From positions 1,167,101 to 1,231,100 of the forward strand of contig OZ287701.1 of assembly GCA_965649825.1 (NCBI GenBank): DNA of 64,000 nucleotides, written 5' to 3'. Below are positions 1-12,969 of this stretch, in pieces. Below the pieces are notes generated by a model, which ran no database searches, was not told the origin of the DNA, and worked only from the letters and a program-made list of their open reading frames with translations. This DNA is from Penicillus capitatus. Its lineage: Eukaryota > Plantae > Chlorophyta. Position numbers and translations under genes: made by a program. The stretch's first letter is position 1; every line of letters begins with the position of its first letter.

Positions 1-17
1 TCGGCGACAAGTCTTAG

Positions 18-1480
18 GCGTTACCTGAAGTAGCGTTGTACTTGGATGAGAAGAAGTATGGTCTGGGTGGCCAGCAGCCATCCAAACCATTCCTCGGTCA
101 GGCCTTGATTTGTCATGTGAAGAATAAAGATGACAGCTTGGAGGACCTGCAGACAGATGTCTGCCAGATTCTGCAGCTCAAACCACCAAAATTTCTGCGT
201 CGCCATGGACCAGAGCTCTTGAATAAGGAATGGACACGAGCAGACAAAGCAAATGATGTTGGTGATGTGTGTCAGCAGAGTAATGGTGCTATCGCCAGAG
301 AAGGCTCCGGAGTCATGCTCAATATCACAGAGGAACTCTTCTTTTAGTTCACCGCACGTTTGCGCCCCGTGACCATGCTGTCTCTTGTTTGCGAAGAGTA
401 GTTGTCTTTCTTTACTAAAGGAATCAGAATACGCGTAGCCGACTACAGGCTGGTCGTCGACGGCAACAGTAGAATTCGCACTGGCATCTGTGCTGTTGTT
501 GGAATACGAAGGACAATGCGTCCGAGAATCCTACAGCACAGAGTCCGTCCATGTCGACCGAACGAAGGCAGGAGAACAAACAATATAGAGGCAGATGTAG
601 AGACCGAAGGATACGGTCCAGATCAGGAAGATGCAGAAAACGGCAAGGAGGAAGCGTCGTGCCCAGTGACTCCAGTGATAGTCGACCACAGCACGAACAG
701 CCGGAAACTCCCAGACCGAACTCGTGGCAGCACCGGAGCCGGATTTCTGGAGAAGAAGGGAGAGCAGATTCCCTTCCTTGGGATTTGCAATATCTCGCAT
801 GCAAACGACATACGCTGTCAGTGTCACCATCTCTTCCCAGCCCACTACACACCACAGACACAGCTGACCCCAGGGTCATCCGTCTCGATGGGCTCCCCAC
901 CATCGATGTGTTGTATGTTCCTCGTCACGCGTCCCGCGATGAACTCCGTCCAGTTCGCCTCCCAGTAGGGATCATCTGCCAGATCCGAACATCGCGTCAG
1001 GAAATTGCATCGATTAAAGGCACGCAGGATGTCAGAGTCCTATCGAGATGCATCGTCTCGTGGTATCGAGGAATGACGATTTTGACTGACCTTTGCCTTG
1101 AATGTGCCTTGTTTTGCGACGAGCATGTTTTTCAGAACAGTCAGCACATCATCTGGACATGCATCGATAAGATCCTGAAGCGAGCATTCGGTCCTCAACA
1201 TCAGCCTAAGACAGCCACAGTTGCACACAGCACGACCGCTGCGGTACGTCTACACTGTTGCTGGATCGACATCGACACAATCCTCAGGAAACACCGATTC
1301 GCTAAACGGCGACGCGGCGCTCGGCAAAAATGTGTCGATTTCGGATGGCTGAGTCAGAATGGATGTAGTGCGCCCATAAGACTTCTTGTAGTCGATTTTT
1401 TCTTCCTCTTCGTCTACCCGCGCCAGTTGCTGGTGGAGATGCGAGACAGGCGAGTTCTTTCCTCTCCAGTTTTGCATGTC
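18..1480 (-). CDS. TRP-like cation channel, multi-exon; runs off the window start, 5' end unresolved (may reach ~2100)
   Basis: Exon 531-845 VWEFPAVRAVVDYHWSHWARRFLLAVFCIFLIWTVSF resembles the TRP pre-S1/S1 region. Exon 21-206 FWWFELQNLADICLQVLQAVIFILH...LLLIQVQRYFR resembles S2-S4. Joined by ~55-nt GT-AG introns. Confidence 0.65.
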
Positions 1481-3147
1481 TTCTCAAATTGGCGTGCGAA
1501 CGGCGGTCGACTCAAGAAAGCTGCGACGACGCGGGAACGAATAACACGCGGACTTTGGACGTTTTAGCAGACGGCTTATGGATGTCTAGGGCTCAGCGCT
1601 AAAACGACTGCCTCAGTCGAATGATACTGCCGATCCGAACAAACTTACTCTCTTCAACGGCGTGATGCAGCATGATGTCATAAAAGCTTCCAGAAATGCC
1701 GCGCGGGTACCTCTCATCCACCAGTAAGGCCAACAGCTTCCTGCTCCACTGCGGTTAAGTCGCGATGACGTAACAGCATCGAAGTGAACCATGCTGACTA
1801 GGAACCCAGCTAAGAACGCAGTCATCGCCTTGTGGCGTCTGATGCATCCCTGAACTACACATCTGAACTACACATGAACACACTCAGCACATGTCGTACG
1901 ATCGCCCAGCAGTTGGTTGTGACTTGCCATGGGCGACGGACATTGCAAATCATACTCTTAACCACAAGACAAGACGGTACAGACGCGTCTTTGTTCGTCG
2001 AGACACATCGTATGGAGTTTTGGTCTACGCCTGTCATGAACGTGCACTTCGTTGTGTGTGCTTTGGCGGCGCGATTGTGGCGCGGTTTCAAAAAACGCAT
2101 CTTTCTTTACGTTCGATTTAGAATCCATACAAGACGACTGTCATGACACTTCCACTTTAGCTTGGACTAACTAATTGCAGGCGCGGAGCCGTGTTTATTC
2201 GTAACACTGCGTCACAGCCTCGAATCTAGTTGACCCAATTTCTAGAACGAACGTAGGTATGCCGGATAATAAAGCAGAGGGGATCATTCGAATCTTGTTA
2301 TTGGTCCGATAGCAGATCCAGTTTTGAAGTGACATTATCTGCGTCATATGCACGATTAAATCGTGATATCATCAATTTGCAAAGTTGTGTCACTTTTTGT
2401 GTCCCAATGACGATCGATCCATTTCAAAAACATCAGATCACCTCACTGAATGAGATCACTTCGGGAACAAGCACGCAACATAAACGCACGATGCCCACAC
2501 ACGAGTCGAGTTTGGCATGTTTATGTTGCCCCCCATGAACACACTCTGGCGTCATCAATAGCACAGACGTGCCAGGTGGGTGAATAACAGTGCCACCTTA
2601 CACCGCGGTAAAAAATCTTGAACGAATAAATGCAACGCCGTCTTCCGAGACAAACAATCGAGCCAATGTATATAACCGATTTGCCAAGTGGATTCAGCGC
2701 AAAGCTGCAATGCTGCAGTGAGAGATGTCGAGTGAATAACGACGGTATGGATTTTTCCTTGTCGGAGAAATTGCTGTCAACAGCGCTTCTTAGGTACAGA
2801 ATCGTTGTTTAACCGAAAAGCGGGAAGCTCTCACATTAGGATCATGCGTGAGAGTGCACGAGGCAAGCAGATTTTGCAAAACTGAAAGAATCGCCTCTAC
2901 TTCGAAAACTGGCAAACCAGATGGAGGCATACGCCCATGTTCAAAACAGAAAACCCACTGTCAGGGCTGCTGTCTAATCATCCATCCCTTTCGACTAAGA
3001 TTTTAATCTCACGGCCACATTATTGAGTTCCTTTCAGGAGAGAGATCTCACGGCTTGATGCAAAAGAAAGAATAGAACGAAGATGGATTCTCAAAGCCCC
3101 CGGTCACGTCTTCTACATCTGCAGCACAGACCGTGGGTCAGTTGTGG

Positions 3148-5877
3148 TCAGCAGTGGGTCAGGGAAGGGTCCGTCCGCACATTGGTACTTCGACTGAGTG
3201 TCCTGCACAGACTTGTGGGATGGCATGCGATGCTGTCCGGCGTGCATCTCTCGACGCCACATTGCTGCAGTTCCTGCACCATCCATCCGTTGCTTATGTA
3301 CTGCGAGCGATGGATCGGGGTGACCTTAATGCATTCGGCTTTTTCAGCTTGAAGCCGTTTGCGATCTCTTTCCAGTTCTTCCAAGCGTTTCTCATACCAC
3401 CCCTTCAGGGACGTGATCTGGGCTAGAAGCACACAGACCATGTCACAGGCAGGAGGAGAGGAGAGGGGGTGATTACAAGCGCTCTCGCTCACAAACTTCA
3501 ACAATTGATCCTTGAACTCCAAAGTCTCCATCATCTTCGCAACATACTCTGGGTCGTTCTTTGGATTCTTTCCTTTGTGTCTCTTTGCCGATTTCCCCCG
3601 TGATATCACCTGTTTTGTCAGATCGCCGTCGTCGGATTGCTCGAAGGACGACACAGCGGTGTGGAATGAGGATCCATTGCATGGCGTGGTGGGTGCTGGA
3701 GTCGGCACCCAACTCTGCCGGCGCATTGATCCTACAGAAAACTCCAATAGCTGACGGAGATATCGATTCTCCATCTGCAGATCACTGATCTTCTCAATAT
3801 ACCTACAACCACACATCCATCCAGCACACACGCTATGGCCTCCGGTATCGTGCCTTCGGTTGAGATCTTGATTTGTGGCGTTGTCAAAACTCGTGCTCGT
3901 TATTGTACGAGGCGTTGTCACATGAAGCCCTTCCAACATAGATGTCATCGTCATCAACCGCCTCGACTCCTCTTTGAGCGTCTCGCGGATCCATTCACAT
4001 TGAGCTTCGATTTGTGAACTATCCGCTCGACGAAGAGTGGGGCCGCCAGGTGTCTAGGCATCACACAGAGCATGTATGGAACAGGAGTGTTGGCAGACGG
4101 TTGTGAGGGATACCCCCAGTGAGTCTGGGCCGTTGTGGTCGAATGGCATGTTGGGAATGCGCAACCCACTACCACCACCTCCACCATTTCGCACTCCCGT
4201 CGTGTTTTGAAACTTCAAGCTTATTGTGTCGGTCCGCAAGTCTGGCGAGACCGAAAGTAGAGGATTTGAGAAGATCTTTCGTGGGCTACTCTTTGATTTC
4301 GATTCTGCCATGTCCATAATTGCGGATGTTGAAGAGTCTGTGTGCAAGAGATCGGGGTCGCTGCCTGAGTAAGTGCCACCTTTGTAGGGAAGGATTTCGG
4401 GACTCGGCGGCGAGAACACACACCGACCGTTAGAATCTGCTTCGTCCAGAATTTCCGCCGAAGCGGCATCACCACTAAACGACCTTTCTAGTTGAATGCC
4501 ACTGTCTCTAAAGGCGGAACAGTTTGGGAACCTCTCAAACGGACTGCTATCTTGGTATTCGGGGACCAGGGTTGTACAGTTTTGGAGAACGGAGGACGTT
4601 GAGGGCGAACAACCGACTGTTTCATCGACATGCGTTAGGGCTAAGCTCCGAGGTGTGACGGCTGAAACCTCAGAGGGGAGAATTTTGGAATGCACGGGAG
4701 GGGCAGTACATACACTTTCACCATCGGTGCTCTTTGGGGGTTGGACAATGGGACAGACGCCGGAAGCTATTCTTTCCTTTAGATGACGGGGACGGCCCAG
4801 ATTCGGACGCTTTGTAGTGTGCCAACCGCAATCCGACTCCTCTTCTTCGATTCGGCTCACAGATCTCAGCGCCCTCGACGAGATCTGCTGTTTGAAACGT
4901 TTCCATAAAGACATCTCTGGCTTTGTCGCTGCCTTCTCGCCTTGTTTCTGATTGGATACCGATTTTCGCGTGAGGGCTTTTTTCAGTCGACGGGGACTCG
5001 GATTTTTGACGGTCGTGCCTGCTGGCTCGCGTGCGTTTGTGCATGGACGGGGTCCTCTCGTCTGCTTCTCAGGTGAGGAGGGTACGGAAGATATCGATTG
5101 CATTTCCGCCCGTCTGGCTGGGAGGGGTCGACGTGTCACACGACGACTGGATGATGCACTGGCACTGTTTGTTCGTACAGATGCGGCAATACCGGTCATG
5201 GTCCTGACCGCAGGCTGCTCAACGACGGAAGGATTCAACGGCCGAGCATGCTGAGTGACATCGGCAGCTTTGTTCAACTCTTTTCTTCGGACTCCGCCGC
5301 CGGCGGCGCCGCCTCGACCACGACACGACAGATCTGCCATCTGATCCAAAAATGCAAAGACGTTGGATCAGGGATGGGTGAGTGATGGAGTGAGATCTAC
5401 GGTGGTCTTGGCAACGGGAGCGTTGTTGCGAAGATTTTTAACAGAGGGCGACGGCGTCGTGAGTGTGACCGTACTCTGCCTCGTCGTTTTTGTCTTCCCC
5501 TTTACACGCCTCTTTTCCTGACCCATAGACTCCACAGATTTCTGCAGGAGAGCGTCATTTGGCGAGAGGCTGCGTTTGGCAAGGAACCGCACATGAGTAG
5601 AGCGTTTTGCGTTTTTGGATCGAGTTGTTGGTTGTTCTCTCGCTGACTCCCTTTTTTTCTGTGGTTCTCTGCGAGTCACCTCTTTACCCAAACCGGACAT
5701 GTTCACAAGAGGAACGGGTGCACTCGGTATTCGAGATTTTTCCGGAAGTGGTGCTAAACCACGACGCATTGCCTTCGTTTTTTGAGTCCAGCGCCCTTGT
5801 TGGACAACAGGCGCTGGAGGAATCTTTGAGCGCAGACCTAAAAACAGACGTAGACTAACCGACGCGGCCAAAAACAC
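3148..5877 (-). CDS. Hypothetical multi-exon protein, Ser/Pro/basic low-complexity N-part and coiled-coil C-part
   Basis: Co-oriented long ORFs 5368-5877, 4054-5349 (431 aa) and 3148-3957 (269 aa; LKGWYEKRLEELERDRKRLQAEKAE is coiled-coil-like), with short gaps. No family recognised. Confidence 0.45.
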
Positions 5878-6745
5878 AACTTCAGGCGTCTGCTCGGGAA
5901 ATCCCGTGCATGCGCTTCTATAAGCTCCACGACTGAATGACTAACCGTGGGACAAAGATCATTTTGAAAAGCCCATGGAACAAAAATAGTGCCAATATCT
6001 TGACGGATAGTGGCCACTGAGCTACAGATGACTCAGCCCGCGACTGAATCAGGTAACCACGACCAGAAAAATATGCAGCGGAAAATGCCAAAACGGGAAC
6101 AAAAGGCTGTACACTTATGGTGGGTCGACGGTCAGAGGCGTTTTGCGTCTTGAACGTAAGGTCAGGGCTCTGATTGGGGGCCGTTGATTTTCGCAGCGCG
6201 CTGGCCAGTCGTTTTCCACTGCCTCGTGCCTTTACCTTTGTCGAAAACATGCACATCGGCATGCGGAATGTTCATCGTTGTTTCAGTCCCGGACAACGTC
6301 GGATGAAATTCAAATAAAACTCGCAAAAGACGATAGAATACCCGCGGCTACGTGTATCGCATCAGGCAAGTATATCATCATCATGTGGAACCGTCTGACG
6401 TGCCAATCCTCCATTGCGGCCTGTCCTGCATCACGACGCCGCTCGCGACATCGAAAACGTTGGAAAAATGCGACGGAATGTGTTGCGAGAGTGGAAGGGA
6501 GATTTCCATTGGCCATTTCGATCGATGGTTGGTCACATGAACGCATCGATGGTAGCGATGAAGTGGAAGGGCGTGATTGGCGCTGTCCGTGACCGTAAGA
6601 AGGGATGGATGAAGGGGGACGCGCGTTGGCGGGTTTTGCCGACCGCCCTGTGGCGTACGGCATGAAGGAAACGTCCTTCATTTGATAGCGTCGATGATCG
6701 CCGTCATCATTTCGTCCCCATCGATTGCGCATACCCTTCGCCGCC

Positions 6746-7568
6746 ATGGTATGTCTCGTCTGTTTGCCCAGTCGTACCGCGCGGCGTCGATTTTGAACAC
6801 CGCCTTGTGTCGCACGCCGGCGGTCCGCTGCCGCGTTTCTTTTTGGGCGCCGCCGCCGCCACGATCGCGACTGACCCGTTATGGTGTACAGGGTATCGAT
6901 CTCGTCGCCGGTGGGCGAAGCAAAAAGAAGAGAAGAACAGAGTACAAGGGCAAAGATGTCTATCACGGAATGCTGGTGCACGTACATACTCTCCTGACCC
7001 ACAACTGCCCCCCACACGTTCGCTCTGTCTTGCTGCAGTTATACCAGTACTTAGCGAGGCGCACCGAGCTGCACTTCAATCGCAAAGTCCTGCGTCGTTT
7101 GCTCCTCTCCAGGAGTAACCGTCCGCCTATGACACTGAAGACAGTCATTACGCACATGAAAAAGCACCCAGGAGAAACGGCCGTCTGCACCACCACAGTG
7201 ACGGACAGCGCTTGTTACTACGAAGTGCCGAAAATGACGATCTGCGCTCTGCGCTTTACCCAAACGGCAAAGGCCAAGATTATGAAAGCCGGAGGCGAAT
7301 GCCTCACATTTGATGAACTTGCCATTCGATGCCCAACCGGAGAGAAATGCGTCCTGTTGCAAGGCAAGCAGCGACGGATGTCTGCCACCGAACGAACGGA
7401 TATACGTCGTGGCGTGTTTTAGGAAAGAGATCGGCACGCGAAGCATGTCGTCATTTTGGCCCAGCTCCTGGTGTTCCGCACTCCCACACCAAACCGTTCG
7501 TGCGTTCCAGAGGACGCAGGTTCGAGAAGGCACGTGGAAGGAGAAAGTCACGTGGATACAAAGTTTGA
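6746..7568 (+). CDS. RPL18: 60S ribosomal protein L18 (eL18)
   Basis: ATG 6746, intron 6749-6891, then [12 protein letters not shown]...[26 protein letters not shown]...[15 protein letters not shown] intron 7364-7422, then [50 protein letters not shown]. Confidence 0.97.
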
Positions 7569-9321
7569 GCACGTGCTGGTCTGTTGCCGTTTGCGATTGG
7601 ACAGACATGTGTAAAGCGTTTCGTGGAATGCTTCGATCGAACGGGAGATGCGTTTCATCGACGGAAAATGATTGACGTCGATCAGCAGATGCTGCTGTGT
7701 GATGGCATCGATGACCACATCCATGCCAAACACCGTCAACCGTGCGTTTCGCTTCACGATCTCGACGGTACGGAGAATACGATCGACATCCAAAAGGCCA
7801 TCGGCGGCGATCGATGACTTCCGTTGTCGCTTGAGTTGCAGCGCGTCGAAATGTTGCACCGGCGATGCGTCGTCGATGATGAGATCGAGCGACGGCTCGT
7901 TTTCGATGAATACCTGAAAAGACAGATAAACAGAGAAGAGAGAGGGAGGCGTTGCGTGCATGACATCCGAGGACATAGATTTTCCACACGGTGTTGTCGG
8001 GATGGTTATGGAATTGCTGAACGCAGAGGGGACAGTCCACCGTTAACGACAGAACGCCATCTTCCTTCGTCACCTGCAACGACGATCCGATATCAAAAAT
8101 TGGAGAAGGGTCGGCCTGACGATCGCCATGAAATGAGATGTCGCGGTGCCACAGGCCACGATCGGCTTGACGATGACCGGAAACTGCATTTCTGTATGAC
8201 AGACAGCACATCTGCCAATACCCTTCAGGCCGTACCGTTCTGTTTCATGGCGGCGAGAAATGCAGCACGCGTGCTGCCGAGTTCGGACAGAACGAATTGT
8301 CGCGGGAAGGAACACAGAGCGTCGTTGACAGGATGGCTGCCCTTAAGCAACGATGGAAACATCGATCGATCCATCACCTGCAACCACGGCGTCCTCTTCC
8401 GGACGATATGATCAGAGCGCAACGTTGCGGATATTGTCGACGGTATCGATGACGCAGATCTGTGGCCGTTTCTCTAACCAGGCGATAAGATCCGAGAATC
8501 TCTCCGAAAACCGCGGCCATCCAACTTCCTGCACATGGCGATGGAGGCCTCACCGAAGAGCTAGCCGCCGATCTCGTGGTCTACTTGAGCGGTGAAGAAA
8601 TCTGAGGCCTTGAAGAGAATGCCGTCCAATTTGTCGATATGTTCCGGCTTCAGATATTCGTCCACGATCAAGGGTACAATCATGGGTCTGCATCTGGAAA
8701 ACTGGGTTTGGTCTGTTACCAGGACGGCCTCTTCCTTCTCGGCAAGCGTCGGTGTCTGTTGATCGCGAGGTTGGTTGGCAGAGTGAGATCCAAGAGTGCA
8801 GTATACCTGTGAGAGAGGAAAGAGTGAGAAGAATGTGCGTTGGGCGAATTCCTCCATTCTGGCAGCCTTAATAGTAACGCCTAGGAGAAACCCACCACAT
8901 CGCATCCGCATCCAGTCTCCCAGATAAAGACAGACGCCTGTCGCCGTCACATCATCCTGCAGACACTTAGGTGCATTTCAGCGGCTCTTGTCAGCAACGG
9001 ACCGCGGAGAAAACGGCGATGGAGTGTACAGGATGCTCCGAGATGTCGCCGATGGCGATGCTGTGGGACAGGGGCACTGCACGAAGCCACTGCACCCATC
9101 CTTCCCCCTCTCCTGCATCGAAAGGATAAACACCCGATCCCGCATCTTCCTCGCAATGCGCGTCCCTCTGCAGGAAAAGCATAGACACTGCTTTGAGGTG
9201 ACGTCTGGGTCATACATACCTCGAGATAGAGACGCACATCGACGCCACACCATTGCAGATGTCTTTGAACGTCAGCGAGGCGGCGCCGCAGGTCTAGAGA
9301 CGTCGGATGCTCGCGTGTCAT
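7548..9321 (-). CDS. ITPK4: Inositol-tetrakisphosphate 1-kinase (ATP-grasp), ITPK4-like with N-terminal extension; multi-exon, start approximate (possibly 9389)
   Basis: C-terminal [24 protein letters not shown] is the ITPK motif. [12 protein letters not shown]...[10 protein letters not shown]...[23 protein letters not shown] parallels plant ITPK4 (MKPSREEDFAKRG...FHKATD...VDPIRNIYPVVDR, recalled). Confidence 0.8.
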
Positions 9322-9497
9322 CCGCGTCTTGTCGTTTTACCGGAGGCGTTTCGCAATGTGCGTGCCTTTGTGATCACGGCGACGCGCATGAGGCGTTAGG
9401 ATGTCAGTTAAAGAACGTTTCCATCGCATTGCATTGTTGATTTATGTATGGTACAGTCTAAGCGTGTCCCTTTCGCACATCCAAAGCGTCTTGCGTC

Positions 9498-10824
9498 TCA
9501 GAAATGATCCAGCAAGATAAACTCGGAATCCTCCATCACACGAATATCCTTGCATCCAGGAATGTGCTCCTGGACTTTCTTTAACAAAGGCAGACCGATC
9601 TGTCAGGGACAGCAAAAAAGAGTGAGATCATGTGTGACGCGGTTTGACGGCACCTCGCGTTCTTTGCGGTTGAGAGGAACGTAGGGTAGGCGGAATACAG
9701 GCTTGATCAATCCGCACATACTCATCGCCGTGTTCAGCGCGATCGGATTGGGCTCACAGAAGAGCCATTTCATAAGATCTACCGAAATCACGTGTCACAC
9801 TTTGTCAACGACCGAAAGTGTGACCTACCTGTGAGACTGCTGTTGAGTTTGTCGTTGGGTCCTTCGTGCATGAGTTTGGAAAAGAGACCCGGGATCAAAT
9901 TGCTCGTCACGGAGATGACACCTGTCACATCATTTTGTCGTGTAACAGCTCGAATGAGTGAGAGAAGAGTGACCGTTGGCATCGAATTCGTGGCGTGCGG
10001 TGTGCGACTCATCGTCGTTTCCAGACCAACACTTAACACCGTTCTTCGTGTACCCTCCAATTCTTTCATTTCCCGTGCACTCTTTGACGCCCACGAAATT
10101 TGGATGGGCTGTCAAATCATAGATCACTTCATCCGGAATGTCTTGACCTACACGTCACATCAGGTCACTCTTTTTCACGTCACATCATCACCGTCGTCAC
10201 ACCTGTTCGGCTGGGGACGTTGTAAACAATGGCCGGGCCGCAATCGAGCGCCACTCTAAAATGCTCCTTCAGTCCCTCGGCAGATGTCTTGCCGTAATAG
10301 GGGTTAATATGAAGGGCTGCGTTCATTCCCACACAGAATCCTTGATTCGAAGCGTGGATCGCCTCGCGCGTGCTGTTGCTTCCCGTGTTGCCGATGATGA
10401 GGATTCGGCCACCGAACTGATTGACACAGTGTGCGATGAGCATGATATGCTCATCCCATGACATGAGATGTCCTTCCCCAGTCGTGCCTCCAATGATGAG
10501 ACCCTCAACGCCGTTCTGAATCTGCGCCTCCACGATCTCATCGAAGGCATCCACATCGAAACGACCCGATTCGAGATACGGTGTCTTGACGGCTGTGATC
10601 AACGAACACTTCTTGATGGCGTCGATCGATTGCGAACGATCCGTTGTGCTCACGGTCTCGGGGGCCGAGACGGCTCTGATGGCAGAACGCCTCGAAACGA
10701 CGCGACGCGGTGCCGTTCCATGCGCCTTCGATTTCTTTCGACGATGACGAACGGGACGCGAACCGTGACGCGCGATGAGGAGATACCGTGTCGAGGTTGG
10801 CGCTGGGAGGAGAGCGAAAGCCAT
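9498..10824 (-). CDS. dapA: Dihydrodipicolinate synthase (4-hydroxy-tetrahydrodipicolinate synthase), plastid-targeted
   Basis: Transit-peptide-like [10 protein letters not shown]... then [74 protein letters not shown]. Last exon ends ...[11 protein letters not shown] at 9498. Confidence 0.97.
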
Positions 10825-11348
10825 CGGAATTCTGACGCGACGGGGGGGGGCGTCGAATCGAGCGATCGATCGATACCGTCGATCGCGAGACGTCACATCA
10901 TTATAATCTCGGATAATTGATTTGGACATGTGTTATCAGGACTGTTTAGTTGACAGTCCTTGACAAAGCTCTCGAACAAAGATCAGGTTCACCAACAGAC
11001 TGCTGCATATGCACACGAAGAGAAAAAAAGGGTGTCAAAATCTAACGGTTTCTGACGACTATATACAACAAATTCCTTCACACGGCACAATCACCGTTTC
11101 GGTTAATCGAGGCAACAGAAAACTCTTGAAGTTCTTCTTGTGGCAATCACATCATGTAAAAGTTCTCTCTGCGATTACTCAGTTTTCCAAAGAGAGAATG
11201 TAATGAATAAAAACACGTCCATAACGGACCTGTTCTCGAAAGAAGTGCAAATTCGCCTTTAGTGAAGGCTCATGAATCATTACGGCCACGGGTGTTTGAG
11301 TGTGTATGTAGAGAGGCAAGTGAGAGCGTTGGATTGTATACGTATTTC

Positions 11349-12575
11349 TCACTCCTTGATGTGTGACAGGATTCTTTCGGCAATGGCCGCTTGATCCCCT
11401 GCATGGCAGGCATCCGCGACAATGCGCAATGTTTCGGCGCCAGGTTCCAGACCGGCACTGCAGATTCCTTTCAAGACATGGATCGCCTGTTGCCATTCCC
11501 CATTGGAAGCCAAGGACTTCAGAGCAAGGTTGTATGTCTCAACGTCAATCGGGATGTCATTCTTTTCCATGCTGTCCAATAACTCCAGTGCCATGTCGGA
11601 GAGGTTTTCCGTCTCCAGTGCCTCCATGAGACAGCGACATGTGTGGACATCGGCCTCGACCCCAGCCATCTGCATGGTGAGGAAGAGATCCAAGGCACTC
11701 TTAGCGTCTCTTCTCGAGGCATAGTAGAGCATCAGCTCACAGTAGACACTGGGAGGTCCAACAAATTTACGCTCATGAGCTTCATCCAGTATCTCCTCTG
11801 CTTTCTCCCATTGAGCACTCTTCTCGCAGGAGCAGAGTACGGAAGTGTACGTCACTTGATCCGGCTTGATGCCACTGGATCGCATCTCTTCAAATTTAGA
11901 CAGAGCCATTTCGTGCATTCCGCCGCGTTCGCAAGCAGAAATCAGCGCCCCATATGTGACCTACATCCGTCACAGCGTTCATCGAGATAGCTGTCACATC
12001 AAGAAGACCGCCCGCACCTGGTTGGGTCGACAGTTGGGATCGCGTTTGGCGGCATCCTGCATCTGCTTGAAGACGTCAAGTGCCTTTTGCCATTCTCCGC
12101 TGCTCGAGCAGGCTGCAATGAGGGCAGAGTAACTGTACTTATTGGGTCGGACGCCTCTCATGTGCTTCATGGCGTCGAACACTTCTTGCGCCTTGGGATA
12201 GTCACGCATGCGGCCGCACAGATCAATCAATGCCGTAAAGGCCTGTTCTCGCGGTTTGAACGTACACGATTCAATGCAGGAGAAAATCGCTCCCGTTCCA
12301 GCTTCCGCTTGGATGATCTGCGTCTTGAGTGTGTCCATATCCCATGCCGGTCGGTTTGGCGCAAATCCAGGGCTGCGCGGCGAGTTGGAGGTGCGGCGAG
12401 AATCCGTTTCCGACCCGCTACCAGCCTTAACGGGTGTGTAAATACTCGGCATCATCTCTGGCGGCGAATGCGCTCCGTATGGAGTCGCGTATTGCGGACG
12501 CGAGCGCATAGGAGAGTAGTAGCCAGTACCGAATTTTCGGGCGAATCCAGGAGCCATCTCAACACCGCGATGCAC
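11349..12575 (-). CDS. Pentatricopeptide repeat (PPR) protein
   Basis: Repeated PPR motifs AFTALIDLCGRMRDYPKAQEVFDAM, SYSALIAACSSSGEWQKALDVFKQM, TYTSVLCSCEKSAQWEKAEEILDE, TYNLALKSLASNGEWQQAIHVLKG across exons 11994-12575 and 11349-11918. Confidence 0.9.
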
Positions 12576-12969
12576 CGTCTGTTAGAAACGAACTGACGTC
12601 ACAATTCTCGCAACAGTGTCGTTTTTGTTGCGCTTCTCTTCAAAGCAGCAGTAACGCGTAAAGCGGTCTGTTGTGTCTGTTCTCTGTTGGTAGTCGTGCA
12701 CCTGCTTGAGTCGAATTCGTCTCAATAAGCAAAGTGCTTATCTGTTCGTTTTTGTCGGTTCTTTGAAGAAAGGGGTCGGCGAGCAAACTTCTTAAAAGCG
12801 ATAGACAGCAGAAGTGCAAACCGAATTGAGACTAGAAGTCTGTAACGAGGTTAAAGCAAATGATAGCAGAGTTGAAAGCAGCAAGCAACGTTGTTTTACG
12901 TCCTCGTGGTCGGTCCTCGAATTTATACCCATGCGCGCGGATCAATTGGATCTGATGGGACAGGATGAA

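Noticed and set aside
551-1567. 338-aa and 188-aa plus-strand ORFs at the window start
   Set aside because: Antisense shadows of the TRP-like gene, whose minus-strand exons carry the recognisable motifs.
6749-6891. Apparent 8-nt intron (ATG gtgtacag GGT) at the RPL18 start
   Set aside because: A better ATG at 6746 (ccgccATG) with gtatgt donor, ctgac branch point and a 143-nt intron explains it.
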